NCBI GenBank assembly: GCA_028023455.1
Contig: JAQFVV010000010.1
Span: forward strand, 15,128,001 to 15,192,000
DNA: 64,000 bases
From: Epiperipatus broadwayi
Taxonomy: Eukaryota; Animalia; Onychophora
Direction: 5' to 3'
The translations under genes were made by a program, and so were the position numbers. Shown here in pieces: positions 26,795-37,890 of the stretch (the first letter of the stretch is position 1; every line of letters begins with the position of its first letter). Below the pieces are notes generated by a model that did not search any database, was not told where the DNA came from, and saw only the letters and a list, made by a program, of their open reading frames with translations.

Positions 26795-27780
26795 AATTAG
26801 GTACGAAAGTTAAGAGCTGCATGTATATATATATTTTGTGATAGTTCATTGTATGCAACTGCGTATATAGTTTTAAAATTGAAAAAGAAATAGTTAAAAG
26901 AAAAATTGATTAATATAAGATCAAAACTCCAATAACTAAAATTATATTTGCTATATATTTTTTTTAAATATGCGTAATTTTTACCTTGGAAAAAAAAAAA
27001 GAAGCAAAGGGTAAGTGAATTAAGATGAAGGATGTAAACAGCTTCGTACTTTAAAAAATAGAGGTAAAGCAGATAAAACAAACTGAATAAGGGATTTGAA
27101 CATTTAAAACAACTGTAAACAGACATCTTATAGATAAACATATTTTTAAAGAGATCTTATAAAACAGCAGAAGCAATTTAATTAATTTATTTAATGAGTT
27201 ACAGATAGAGTTAAAGCAAAAAGTTAATAATGTGTCCACAATAACTGTTGCAGCATATTTAGGCTGTCATGGTATACCGTGCATGAATTGCTACACCAAG
27301 ATTGGACCAATTAATCGACCATTGGTATGCAAAATTGGAAGAATGATTATTTCCAACATTATTGTGCTGCCTATGTTAGAAGAGAGGTTTGGAAACTATT
27401 AATTGGGATCATTACTTGGGCTGTATTTCTAATATTTAAATAGAAGGATTTTTAACTTCTAATAATGTTTAAATTTTAATATTTTGTTCTTACATATTTT
27501 TATCTACTGAGTACTCACATTTAATTACTGTATATATATATATAAACACACAGATGGACACTAATTTATTTTAAGATTTTTCTAAATTGTAATCTATTAT
27601 ATTTATAAATGAAAGGATTTTGCGACAAAGAGTCATTTTATTTTAAATTACTTACAAAATATGAGTAAAGATAGTACTTTTTAGAAATTATTATTTATTG
27701 CGACTGTTTAAATATTTATACAACAAACCACGTACAAATTTCTTTATAAATTTTGATTTATTATAATATGAACTATTATA

Positions 27781-28123
27781 TAGGGTATATGAGCACAGAC
27801 TTTCACATGACTCACCACTCTCCACTCTATCTCATAACACTGATACCCTTGAACACATATATGTCGAAAAGATAAATAATCACCAATATCCGTATTTCAT
27901 GCTAAACCAGCAATTATCAGCTGGTCCAGGTGACAACGTGATGATTGCTGGTTTAACATGAAATATGCCTTCTGGTGATTATTTACCTTTTCGACACATA
28001 TGTGTTCAAGAGTTTCAGTGTAATGAGATCGAGTGGAGAGTGGTGGGTCATGTGAAAGTTTATGCTCATATACCCTATATATTACATATATTGATAAGGT
28101 ATATAATAAGCCTGTATATCAGT
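27781..28123. repeat. Family C tail-to-tail palindrome with two degenerate HHR cores, 17-bp TSD
   Basis: Arms about 27777-27919 and 27939-28081; cores CUGAUAA (minus) and GUGAUGA (plus); taatatgaactattata at 27764-27780 and 28124-28140. Confidence 0.85.
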
Positions 28124-28124
28124 T

Positions 28125-28201
28125 AATATGAACTATTATAATGTACAATAATATACTCCAACATTTCGACTATATTATTGTACATTATAATAGTTCATAT
28201 T
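28125..28201. repeat. Perfect 31-bp hairpin with 15-nt loop
   Basis: 28125-28155 is the exact reverse complement of 28171-28201. The loop reads GTCGAAATGTTGGAG on the minus strand, like the 3' half of a PLE HHR. Confidence 0.85.
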
Positions 28202-28875
28202 ATAATAAATCGAGCTTTGAAATTAATGGGCTATTTTTAAAATAGAAGACTGTGTTTGTTTATTATTTTTTAATTTATTTACGATTATTTTCTAATTATT
28301 TCTTGTAGATCTGCTAATTGTTGATTTATTATATGCTTTGTATTATACCATCTTTTATCCGAGTCTTTTCATATTAATTCTGGACATAAGTGCAAAAGGA
28401 ATAGTTCTTCCTTTAGTTTCATCAACTCAAAGAAAAATAAATATTCTTAAGACCCAAGTAATGGCTGTTATTTAGTTTATTATCTGACTAATAACGTTAA
28501 GTATTTTGGGTAAAGCAAATCCATATCATTTGTATATTTGCTATTTACTTATGGGACTCAAAATGCATAGCTAATTCATTCTTACTTTTGCTTTTATTCT
28601 GATTGTTAAAATCAGTATTGTTATTTGTATCTTGAATGATCATTACCACTGATATCTTTATGAAATTGTAACTTAACCATCAACATAATAAATTGCAGTC
28701 ACATATATATGATTACTAGCTGACCATTACAGTTATTCCATTAAATTTCCATTTTATATAAATAAAGTGACAATTTATATCTATTTATATATGTATAAAA
28801 TTCTGGTTCAGTAGATTTATATATTATAATTTTATATATACATTAAATGATTTGGTTCTTACATATTACACTTGC

Positions 28876-29007
28876 TGTGATAGCTGAATGCTGTATCTTT
28901 CTCTAGTGTGGGTGTATGGAGGGGAAGGGTGTTTGTGATCTGCCATAGTTTGCTGATGCAAACACCACCCTTCCCACTGGAGAAAGGTATGGCATTTTGC
29001 CATCACA
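28876..29007. repeat. Imperfect foldback (about 50-60-bp arms)
   Basis: tgtgatagctgaatgctgtatctttctctagtg...gggaagggtgtttg versus caaacaccacccttcccactggagaaaggtatggcattttgccatcaca. Confidence 0.65.
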
Positions 29008-29061
29008 AACACAGGCAGCTACTCTAATGGATAAGTACCAATGATTTTATATATGTATATA

Positions 29062-29254
29062 AATATCAATAGCAATCAATAATCTCAAATTGTTGTCAAG
29101 GTGACCTTTTATCAATAAAAGTGACAACAGTTTGAGATTGTTGATTGTTAGGGATTCCACCTTTATTGTTGATACGAGGTTGTCTTGACAACAGTTTGAG
29201 GTTGTTGATTGTTATTGATATTGGCATTATCTAAGTGTTGACTGGTTTTTAATG
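29062..29254. repeat. Foldback element with modular ~73-bp units (short copy)
   Basis: Shares gaggttgycttgacaacagtttgagattgttgattgttattgatattgg units with 53358-53708; one unit inverted at the left. Confidence 0.75.
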
Positions 29255-29331
29255 ATTACTTACAAGCCATTTAGTCTTGAGCATTATTACACTTTCTATC
29301 TAAATGTATATATTTTTAGAGAAATTTCACC

Positions 29332-29440
29332 ATGACAGCTGGCCATGTATATCCTCCTATTGTTGTTCCTTTGAGAACGTCATCAACTAAAAGAGCAAAG
29401 TCTCATATTGATACAAATACTTTTATTGAATTATATTCTG
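29332..29440 (+). CDS. DZANK1: DZANK1 (double zinc ribbon and ankyrin repeat protein 1), first coding exon (MTAGHVYPPIVVPLRTSSTKRAKSHIDTNTFIELYS)
   Basis: Acceptor tttttag| at 29318-29319, ATG 29332, donor G|gtaagt at 29441 (phase 1). Matches the human N-terminus MTAGSVCVPQIIPLR...HEIDNNTLLEMKS (recalled). Confidence 0.93.
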
Positions 29441-30149
29441 GTAAGTGTATGAGCATGTGTGTGCATTCATTTTGTAAATATATTTTTTGGCAGTGAGTAG
29501 TTGGTGAGTTGAATGTATTTATTATAAATAAAACAATCTGCTATCTTAGTTTATTATTATTATAGTTAAAATATATTCTGTTATCCAACTTTATTATTAT
29601 TATAAGTCATATATAAATAGGTTTAATTACCATCAAATGTTAAATTTTCAACATTTTTTTCTGATAATTTGAGCAACTTTGTGTTAATGTAGTTTCATTT
29701 ATATTGGCAATTGTAAAATGTTATACAAGTTTTTAAATAAAAAAGTAAACTTATAATTAATAATAGTTTTTTAGATCATAATAAATGTGTTTTTTCTGGC
29801 ATAGCATTTATATATAAAACCAATTCACAGCATTCTGAATCGTACTTCATAATTTTCTAAACTATAGACACGCTAAAAAAGTCATCAGACTGACATCTTT
29901 TATCATATATATATATATATGTGTGTGTGGTGTGCATAGGTTTATATTATGAAATAAATCTTTAATGATCAAGTGAGTTAGAGGTTTAAATTCCTGAATT
30001 GTACCATCTAAAATGACAGCATGATTTTCTATTAAAATACTGTGACTGTGCACTGGTTATTATTAGTAACATATCAAGTTTTACAATCTAATTCAGCCTG
30101 GTTCAAATCTTTGAGCTAAGAACTTTTGGTCTGTGATATTTTTAGATAA

Positions 30150-30800
30150 TACTCTGGGAGACTAGTTCAATGATTAAAAATTGTGGATCAAGGATCTAAT
30201 AAAACTATTTTAATGTTTGAATCAGCAGTCTGTCAGGATATTTCTAGTAGAAGTCTTTACATCTATATTAAAACTGAATTTAGAAATGAATTTCGATAAT
30301 CTGCAAGAAATCTATTATCAAATAAACATAAACACCACTAACTTTGCAACAAAGCTCACATAGTCATTCAATGCTCACACATAAATATAATTTATCATTT
30401 CTGGTAATGAAAGGATATATAGAGGCTGGGTGTCTGTCAGAAGGAAACAAGCTAATAGCCCACATCATAAAAAAATCAATCCAACAATTGTTTAGCAAAG
30501 ATCTAAAAATAAATAATTTACTATTAAATATCAAAGCTTAGTATTAGTCTTTAAAATGAATATTGTTATTAATAGTACTAACATAGGATTGAAGATTGTC
30601 TCTACTTTGTAGAGTTCAGTTATTCAAAAAGTATTGAATGGATATAAGTTTTAAAAAATCAGAAATCACACCCCAGTCTACTTTAAAATTTATCTACGGT
30701 AACCAGAAGAAACTAATCATGTTCCTAGATGAGAAGCTGGTTAAGGTTTAGAAAAGATTTAATTCCTTATGATTGTCTTTGCTAATATTATAAAAAGAAT
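30150..30800 (-). mobile_element. Highly decayed Penelope-like RT
   Basis: Minus-strand fragments in RT order: HKELNL; DNLQSYVSTINNNIHF..LSFDI; LNDYVSF; FLQIIEIHF*IQF. Confidence 0.45.
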
Positions 30801-31989
30801 ATAACAATCTAATGGGTTATGGCTGGTTCAAATTCCTAGGTTATTATTTAAACAATGTCAATTACGTTACTCCTGGCATTAACAGGTTTAAAAAGAGAAT
30901 ATGCTAAAGTCTTTGAGCATGCTTACAAGAGAAATGGAATCCTGGTTTGATTAGCATCATTATTTTGTGATTGAATATTTACAAATAAAATGGTAGTGCC
31001 AGATGGTAGTACTTAATAAATTCTTATCCAGTATTGTCCTATTGAAATATTCCCAGAATAGTTTATAACTTATGGCTTTTATTAGTGAGGAGTTTTTCGA
31101 ACTTTTCTCTTTAACTGAACTCTTGGATCTTTTGCATGCAATATAGCTAACCTCTAGCATCTATTTTTTACTTTTCATTATACTATCAACCCAAACTGAA
31201 GAATATTTTTAACATCTTCAATCCAAGCATATTTGCTTACAGTTATATATAGATCTGAAACTGGTTTAGTCTCAATATATTATGATGATCTTTTGTGTTT
31301 TTATAACTTTATTGTTTGGCAAGAATTGATATAAAACCAGTAATACATCACATTACCAACAATATATCATGAAATCATGGTTTATACATTGCTATTCAAT
31401 AGCAAATTATTGTATTCTTCTTACTGAAGGGTTTTTCAGTTTGGGCTGATAGTTTGGTGATATAACAAATAGTAACAAGCATTGCTAGAAAAAAGATGAA
31501 TGAGATCTAAAAGATCCATGTGCATGGTTATTTGGGTAGGACAGCAGGGAATAAGGATTTATTTAACACTACTATCTGGCATCTATCGATTACTAAAGCT
31601 CATACTGGATGACATAAATATGAGGAAAATAAAATAATTTGCCATTGAATAGTAATATGTAAGTTAGGATCATGTGATGTATTGTTGGACATGTGATACA
31701 TTATATATATGTGTTAAAATATTTATTAGAACATTTCTCAATTTCACACTCCCTTATATTGTAACTAGTGTCAAAATATAGACCACTCTCTCCCATGAAA
31801 TATGTTTTCAAGAAAATCCTTCTAGAGGCATTAAACACTTGAGTCTACATAAACTAGTGTTGATAGTTCAATATTTTTATTGTTTTATATATTTTTCCAT
31901 AAATGGTTTATATAATGAAATATAATATATTATAATTATTATATTATGTTGTAATATTTAGATACAACTATAGTATATATACTTAACCC

Positions 31990-32305
31990 AGATGAAATTA
32001 GAGGGGATTTGAACCCAGACTTTCAGTCATCCATTCCATCTTATATAACTGATACACATGACCACATACATGTGAAAAAGATAAATGAAGATTTTTTTTA
32101 TCTTAATATACACTGAGCATTGATTATATATGTGTCTGTTGTAGATGATTCAGACTAACTGATGAGTGCTGGTTCAGCCCGAAATATGTATACTGGAGAT
32201 CATTTATCTTATTTACATGTATGTGGTCATGTGTATTGGTTGTATAAGATGGAGTGGTTGACTGAAGGGAGTTTGCAATCTCGATTTAAATTCCCTCTAA
32301 TCATA
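31990..32305. repeat. Family C palindrome in DZANK1 intron
   Basis: 31990-32092 is the reverse complement of about 32197-32300; the right side carries the HHR. Confidence 0.75.
32143..32209 (+). ncRNA. Type I hammerhead ribozyme motif (family C, diverged copy)
   Basis: CUGAUGA 32159-32165; stem II G-U-GCUG-guu-CAGC-C-C (canonical G10.1-C11.1); GAAA 32181-32184; UAUGUA-UA site 32192; stem I with an A.C mismatch next to the core, distal AUGAUU/GAUCAU. Confidence 0.65.
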
Positions 32306-32668
32306 TTATGTTGTGTAAAAGTAGAAAAATGCCAGATAGTATATATTTTTTTTAAAAAAAAAAATAGATGAGTTAATTGTGTTGGATTATCTTATATCTG
32401 TTCTTTATGCAAAAAATAAGAAAAACTTGTCAAGTTCTAATTTATTTTTTATCTGTAATTTAAGGTAAGGCTTGTAGAAATTTTGATGAATATAGTTAAC
32501 AAACTATAATTGTTTTAATATTAATTGTTTTATTTATTTATGAATATTTATCTATTAAATGTACAGTAAATTAAACTGAATCAAATTGTTATTAGTATTA
32601 CTGTTACTTCTATCATTACTATCACTACTAATTACTAATAATAAATTAATATAATGGAATTGTTTCAG

Positions 32669-32804
32669 AGTCACCAAATACTGATATTTATTTTACAACT
32701 GATGGTAATGTACCTAATGTGAACAACAAAAATACTTCGAAATATCTTCGACCAATCTTGTTAAAAAAGGGAAAACAAATGTTGAAATCTAGAGCAGTTA
32801 GACA
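32669..32804 (+). CDS. DZANK1: DZANK1 coding exon 2 (E-SPNTDIYFTTDGNVPNVNNKNTSKYLRPILLKKGKQMLKSRAVR), Fn3-associated/CHB_HEX_C-like domain
   Basis: tttcag| acceptor, CA|gtaagt donor, phase 1 in and phase 2 out, open frame. IYFTTDG..P...KY..PI.L..GK...K..AV matches DZANK1 IYYTLDGSKP...[20 protein letters not shown]. Confidence 0.93.
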
Positions 32805-33180
32805 GTAAGTTTTATTTATGTATGTAAATATTTTTTAAAAATTCTAATTCAGAAGAGTATATAAATGTTGGCTATTATTAACTTACACATAAAGGATGCT
32901 ATATTGGCAGCTTGGAAAATTTTTATGCTATTAGTATTTTTTTATTGGCTGAAAAACTTCAGGGATGGGGGGACGTCTGTAGATATTAACTGCAGACTTA
33001 ATCTTCTGACTTCGATTTTATAATAAATCCTCTTTAGTAATTTTTTGGAAAACATGGACGTCGCCATTATTTATATATTGAAATTTTAGATTCAAAAAAA
33101 AAGTTGTTTCTAGCTTTTGTTTTTATTATTGTAAATATTATTGAATAAATAGCACAAATAAATTCATTTTTAAAATGCCA

Positions 33181-33790
33181 TATATAGAGCTCACAAAATA
33201 AGCTCTTAACAAGTTTTCAGAATATCCCCAACCTCAGACCAGTTTCTGCTACTGGCATTGGCAGTGATGTGCTAGAATATTCAAGCATTAGTTTAAAAAT
33301 ACCAGGACAAGCCCAGCACTTTATCTAATGTATAATTATTAAGTAGAAAATCTAAAATTTTCAGACATCCATATGTCTTCCAATTCAGTTGTCTAACTTA
33401 AATAGCCATATGGGACTGAACTAAGTTCATATACACCAAATATTAATAGCTTTAGTAATACGTATAAAATCGCCAAAGCCTTAATAGAAAAAAATAAAAT
33501 TACAAAAAAATCAAGTCAGATGTCACATGACCTAATTTAATAAGCTTGTATTTACAAATGTTATATATAGACCTCACAAAATAAGCTCTTAACAAGCTTT
33601 CAGAATATCCCCAAGCCCAGACCAGTTTCTGCTACTGGTGTCGTCAGTGAGGTGAAATCGGTCTGGAGTTGGGGATATTCTCAAAGCGTGTTAAGAGCTT
33701 ATTTTGTAAGCTCTATATATAACATTTGTAAATACAAGCTTATTAAATTAGGTCATGTGACATCTGACTTGATTTTTTTTATAATTTTTA
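33181..33790. repeat. Family B element: 383-bp direct repeat plus inverted tail, HHR motifs on minus strand
   Basis: 33181-33270 repeats at 33564-33653 (period 383). 33653-33790 inverts 33495-33630. Cores at 33641-33647 (CUGACGA) and 33258-33264 (degenerate). Confidence 0.85.
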
Positions 33791-33937
33791 AAATGTGTAA
33801 TAGCAATTTACATATATGTCTTCTTCCTAAATACTGTGATTTTAATATTTCAATACAGCTCATTTAGAATTATTTTAAGTTATTCTAAATAAGTTATAAT
33901 TGTCATATTTAATATTTATTTTTCCATTTGTTTCCAT

Positions 33938-34118
33938 TTGTAATTCAAATTTTCATATATTTGCTCATCTGCATAATGAAGTGGTTTCTTCTTTATAATC
34001 TAAAGCTGAATGCCCTTTTGGTGAAGTTCGCCATAATCATAGCTCTCAGTGAACTTCACCGAAACTGCACTCATCCACTTCCTTACACAGATAATGAGCA
34101 TGTGAAAATTTGAATTGT
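33938..34118. repeat. Nested foldback with a 16-bp inner hairpin in DZANK1 intron
   Basis: Outer arms aattcaaattttca...ctcatctg / cagataatgagcatgtgaaaatttgaatt; inner 34016-34031 pairs with 34049-34064. Confidence 0.6.
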
Positions 34119-34373
34119 CATATTTATAAATCATTGGTGTAAACCTAATTTTAAAGACAAACATTTTTTAACTTGTTAGATTGATTATTTTTAATAGAAA
34201 ATAAAGTAATTTGCTGAGCAAATGGAATGCAGAAGTTGTCATTAAATATATTTAAAATTGTAAATATAATCTCTAAAGTCATTTTTTAAACATTAATCTT
34301 AATTATATTTTATATAAAGCAATAGATTTGTATATGTTGGACTTTTATCTTTTCTTTTTTTTTTTTTGATTAG

Positions 34374-34479
34374 AGATGGGCTTGTTGAAAGTGCGGTCAT
34401 AACTAAAATTTTTCAGGTAGATGAAGCTCCACCACTAAAAAAACATTCAAAGGCTTTAGATAACTTAGCCTATCAAAAG
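34374..34479 (+). CDS. DZANK1: DZANK1 coding exon 3 (Q-DGLVESAVITKIFQVDEAPPLKKHSKALDNLAYQK)
   Basis: Long poly-T acceptor ...tttgattag|, donor AAG|gtatgt, phase 2 in and phase 0 out. S.VITK.F.VD..PP matches SGIVTKVFHVDYEPP. The three exons join to 117 codons without a stop. Confidence 0.92.
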
Positions 34480-35199
34480 GTATGTTTTTCATATGTACTA
34501 ATGTATATATTGTGGAACCATAGTGACCTTTTTAAATAAATATTTAATGTACTTTTCTTTCTTCACTACTAAACAATAGTTTCAAAATATGACAAATGAT
34601 GATGGACTCTTACATCACGGACACTCCATCCCAAATCAATCAGTACTTTAGACATTTGCCTACTCTATTCCTTCAGTTGGGCACAGATATATGCGATAAG
34701 AATGAAGTAAGGTGGGAAATGCAGGAATTGAATTTATATTTATTTTTGTATTTCATATTCGAAATATGTGATATTTCAAATTATTGATTTATCTTATTCA
34801 GATATATCACTTCTCTTTTTCTCCCTCGTACACTTATGTATATGTGCATGTATGTGTTAAATACAATATATATTTGTAATTTATGTTCAGTAAGATTTTT
34901 TTCTTAACTACTTTTGTTTTTTTTTAATTTGTATATACACACAGCAAGTGATCATCATCATTGTTTTCAACTATTAGCAATACATTGCAGGGTGAAGGTC
35001 TCTCTATGTTTTAATCCATCTTCTCTGATCTCTAGCTTGTCTTCTCAACATTACCCGAGGACATTTCATTATTTCATCCAATATCCCCTTTTGTATTATA
35101 TTATTATATCATTGTATTACAGATGCTAGATAACATATATAAATAAAGATAATAGAGTGTAATTGATTAGTTGTTCACACACACACATATATATATAAA

Positions 35200-35620
35200 T
35201 GTTTTATAAAGAGCTTGCAAATAAGCTCTTAACAAGCTTTGCAGAATATCCTCAACCCCAGACTGGTTTCTGCTACTGGCTTCATCAGTGAGGTCCCAGG
35301 ATATTTAAGCATTAGATTAAAAATGCTAGGACAAGCCCAGCACTTTATCTAATGGATAACTATTAAGTAGAAAATCTGAAATTTTCAGACATCCATATGT
35401 CTTCCACTCCAGATATCTAACTTAAATAGCCATATGGGACTGAACTAAGTTCATATACACCATATATTAATAGCTTTAACAATATAAAATCACCAAAGCC
35501 TTAATAGCAAAAAATAAAATTACAAATAAATCAAGTCAGATGTCACATGACCTACTTTAAACAAGTTTAAATTATGGCATGTGACATCTGATTTTATTTA
35601 TTTGTAATATTTTAAAATAT
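35200..35620. repeat. Family B second copy with terminal foldback
   Basis: Collinear with 33181-33540; foldback 35505-35620 around gtcagatgtcacatg/catgtgacatctga. Confidence 0.85.
35245..35305 (-). ncRNA. Type I hammerhead ribozyme motif (family B, best copy)
   Basis: Minus strand: AAUAUCCU-ggga-CCUCA CUGAUGA AGC-cagua-GCA GAAA CCAG UC UGGGG-uug-AGGAUAUU. Stem III variants across copies (CCAG/CUGG/UCGG) imply ancestral palindromic ACCGGU. Stem II closes with A.A. Confidence 0.65.
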
Positions 35621-36354
35621 ATTTAATAAATGTATTACATTGTATAAAAGAGATAATCTACCTCCAGATACACTAGTGTTTCCCCTGCATTTACATGTAC
35701 TGAAATAAATAGAACTTATCAATTTTCAAGAAAGAAAAATAGATGTATCTGGAATAAAGAGTCTCATTAGAAAAAAAGTAAATGATGGTGGTTTGACTGG
35801 AAAGTATTATGTTATTTTAAGATTGTGATTAATATATTATTCTAAGATCAGTCAGATGACCACTTGGTGTCTATTTTATTATTGATTCATAGGAATTAAC
35901 CTAAGCTTTTTTCCAGTTGATTTTCATGGGTTACAATATATATCAGTAGATATTTCTACTATAAAGTTAAAATGTATATCCCTTTATATATATATATATT
36001 TAGTATGTGTACATAATATATGTGTATATAAGTGATTAAAAATATGAAATATTCTTTTAACTGAAAAGTATTTAACATTTTTATTTTGATTTGAAATCTT
36101 TTTTTTAAAAAAAAAAGCTTACCAAAACTATATTGTAAATGAACTTCACTTAATATATATAATTTTACTATAAATTAGTTTCACATATATATATATATAT
36201 CACTAGATAATATGTTAATATTATATTCTTTATGTCTTTATCTTTAGAAACTAAGCTACCTATGTAAAATATTAATGTGTCCTGTCACTTACATAGACAT
36301 TTTAATTATAAATTTATTTAAACGCACATTGATTATGTAAATAATATTCATTAA

Positions 36355-36846
36355 GACTGTAGCCTCAAGCACATGCATATAAAATGTGATAGTAGGGACC
36401 TCTACAGGTCTTAAAACCACAAGCTTACTCATTGGAAGAAAAGAGGGGAACCCTTCTTTACTTCAACCTACTTTCTATTTAAATAGGTGAAGCTGAAGCG
36501 GTTCGATCTGAGAGTGTGAAGCTATTCAATAATTCACTAATTAAGTCCACATTTCTTATTACCCATTAATACTCGTGAAATCTTTCGATTTACAACGAGT
36601 CAATGGAAAGATTTTATAGATTTCACGAGTATTAATGTGTAATAAGAAATGTGGACTTAATCAGTGAAGTATTGAATAGCTTCACACTCTCAGATCGAAC
36701 CGCTTCAGCTTCACCTATTTAAATAGAAAGTAGGTTGAAGTAAAGAAGGGTTCCCCTCTTTTCTTCCAATGAGTAAGCTTGTGGTTTTAAGACCTGTAGA
36801 GGTCCCTACTATCGCATTTTATACGCATGTGCTTGAGGCTACAGCC
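36355..36846. mobile_element. 492-bp foldback MITE with 229-bp TIRs and TTAA TSD (Kolobok-like termini)
   Basis: Arms 36355-36583 and 36618-36846, about 6 mismatches by eye; TTAA at 36351-36354 and 36847-36850; termini G(A/G)CTGTAG. Confidence 0.8.
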
Positions 36847-37781
36847 TTAATGAACTTGAATCTATTAAATATCAATTTTAAAAATTAAAAAAAAATCTTT
36901 ATATGACCTTTAGTGAATTAACAAACAAACAAACAAATTGATTTTTTTTCCTTCAATAAAAACATTGTGTTAACTAAATGCACTCTGGGATATTTAGCAG
37001 TAATGCATATTAGAAGAAAACCTTTCCCACTAATCTTACATGGCATTTTAAAGATTACCTTTTACTGACCAATCGACTTGCACTAAGTTTAATAATACTA
37101 ATGTGCTGGAAATTTTCTTCCAGCATATGGATTTACCATTATAAGCTGAGAATTTTCTTCCAGCGCATTTAATTTGCACTTATAAATTGGGAATTTTTCT
37201 TCCAGCTTGCCTTCATATCATAAAATTTAAAATATAATAGGCATAAATATTCAATAAATCCATATGGTTCCAAATATATTATTTCAAAAATATGTGAGCA
37301 TGGTAAATGCTTGCTGCTACCGTAAATATATATATATAGCCTTGATAGAAAAGACCGCATACGTGGAAATATTTTAAAAGAAAATGAAATATTTTGGGAT
37401 ATGATTCTTTTGCATCAAAAAGTAATAAATACAATAAATATTTATACATAATCTCTGCAAAAGCAAGCATTTTTATATCAAGATGTGGATTTCTTATTAC
37501 AGAAGCAAACAAAGATAAAAATTCATGATACAAGTCTTTACATTTGATACTATCTAAAATTTTAGCATTCCATATCTTTAGGAATAACATAGAGTACAAT
37601 ATTAACTTTAACACATTTTAATTAGCATCAGATATTTCAATGATCATAATAATAATATATTTGAAACACCCTTTTCTTTAACTAGGAAGTTTGAAATGTT
37701 TTTCATTTGCATTCAAACACGCATTTATTTCAAAGGATTGATTTCCATTTAGTTTACACTTCTATCAAAACTTAAATGACT

Positions 37782-37890
37782 TGTCGAGCATTGGTGGTTG
37801 AGAGGTCAGCGATAACTGCTTTACAGGCAGGTGTTCCGGGTTGATGGGTTCGCTTCCTGGCTGATGCTATGACACATGAGAAAAAAAAAA
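37782..37890 (+). mobile_element. tRNA-Val(TAC)-derived SINE, second copy
   Basis: Same head, GGTTCGCTTCC B-box, poly-A tail; 15-bp TSD aaaacttaaatgact (37767-37781, 37891-37905). Confidence 0.85.

Noticed and set aside
30960-31160. Minus ORF read as an N-terminal GIY-YIG (permuted-domain PLE)
   Set aside because: Resemblance is superficial, with no GIY/YIG residues; more simply the region upstream of the decayed RT.
35640-35770. YTSVSPAFTCTEINR frame as a DZANK1 exon (resembles TSTEIMR)
   Set aside because: Phase incompatible with exon 3, no donor before a stop, similarity too short.
37100-37614. Three gaattttcttccagc repeats and the adjacent minus ORF 37614-37279
   Set aside because: Real repeats, but no element boundaries or protein motif could be assigned.
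26700-37890. tRNA-Val genes at 26700 and 37782
   Set aside because: No proper acceptor stem; poly-A tails and TSDs show they are SINEs. A third tRNA-like relic at about 60595-60690 is too decayed to call.
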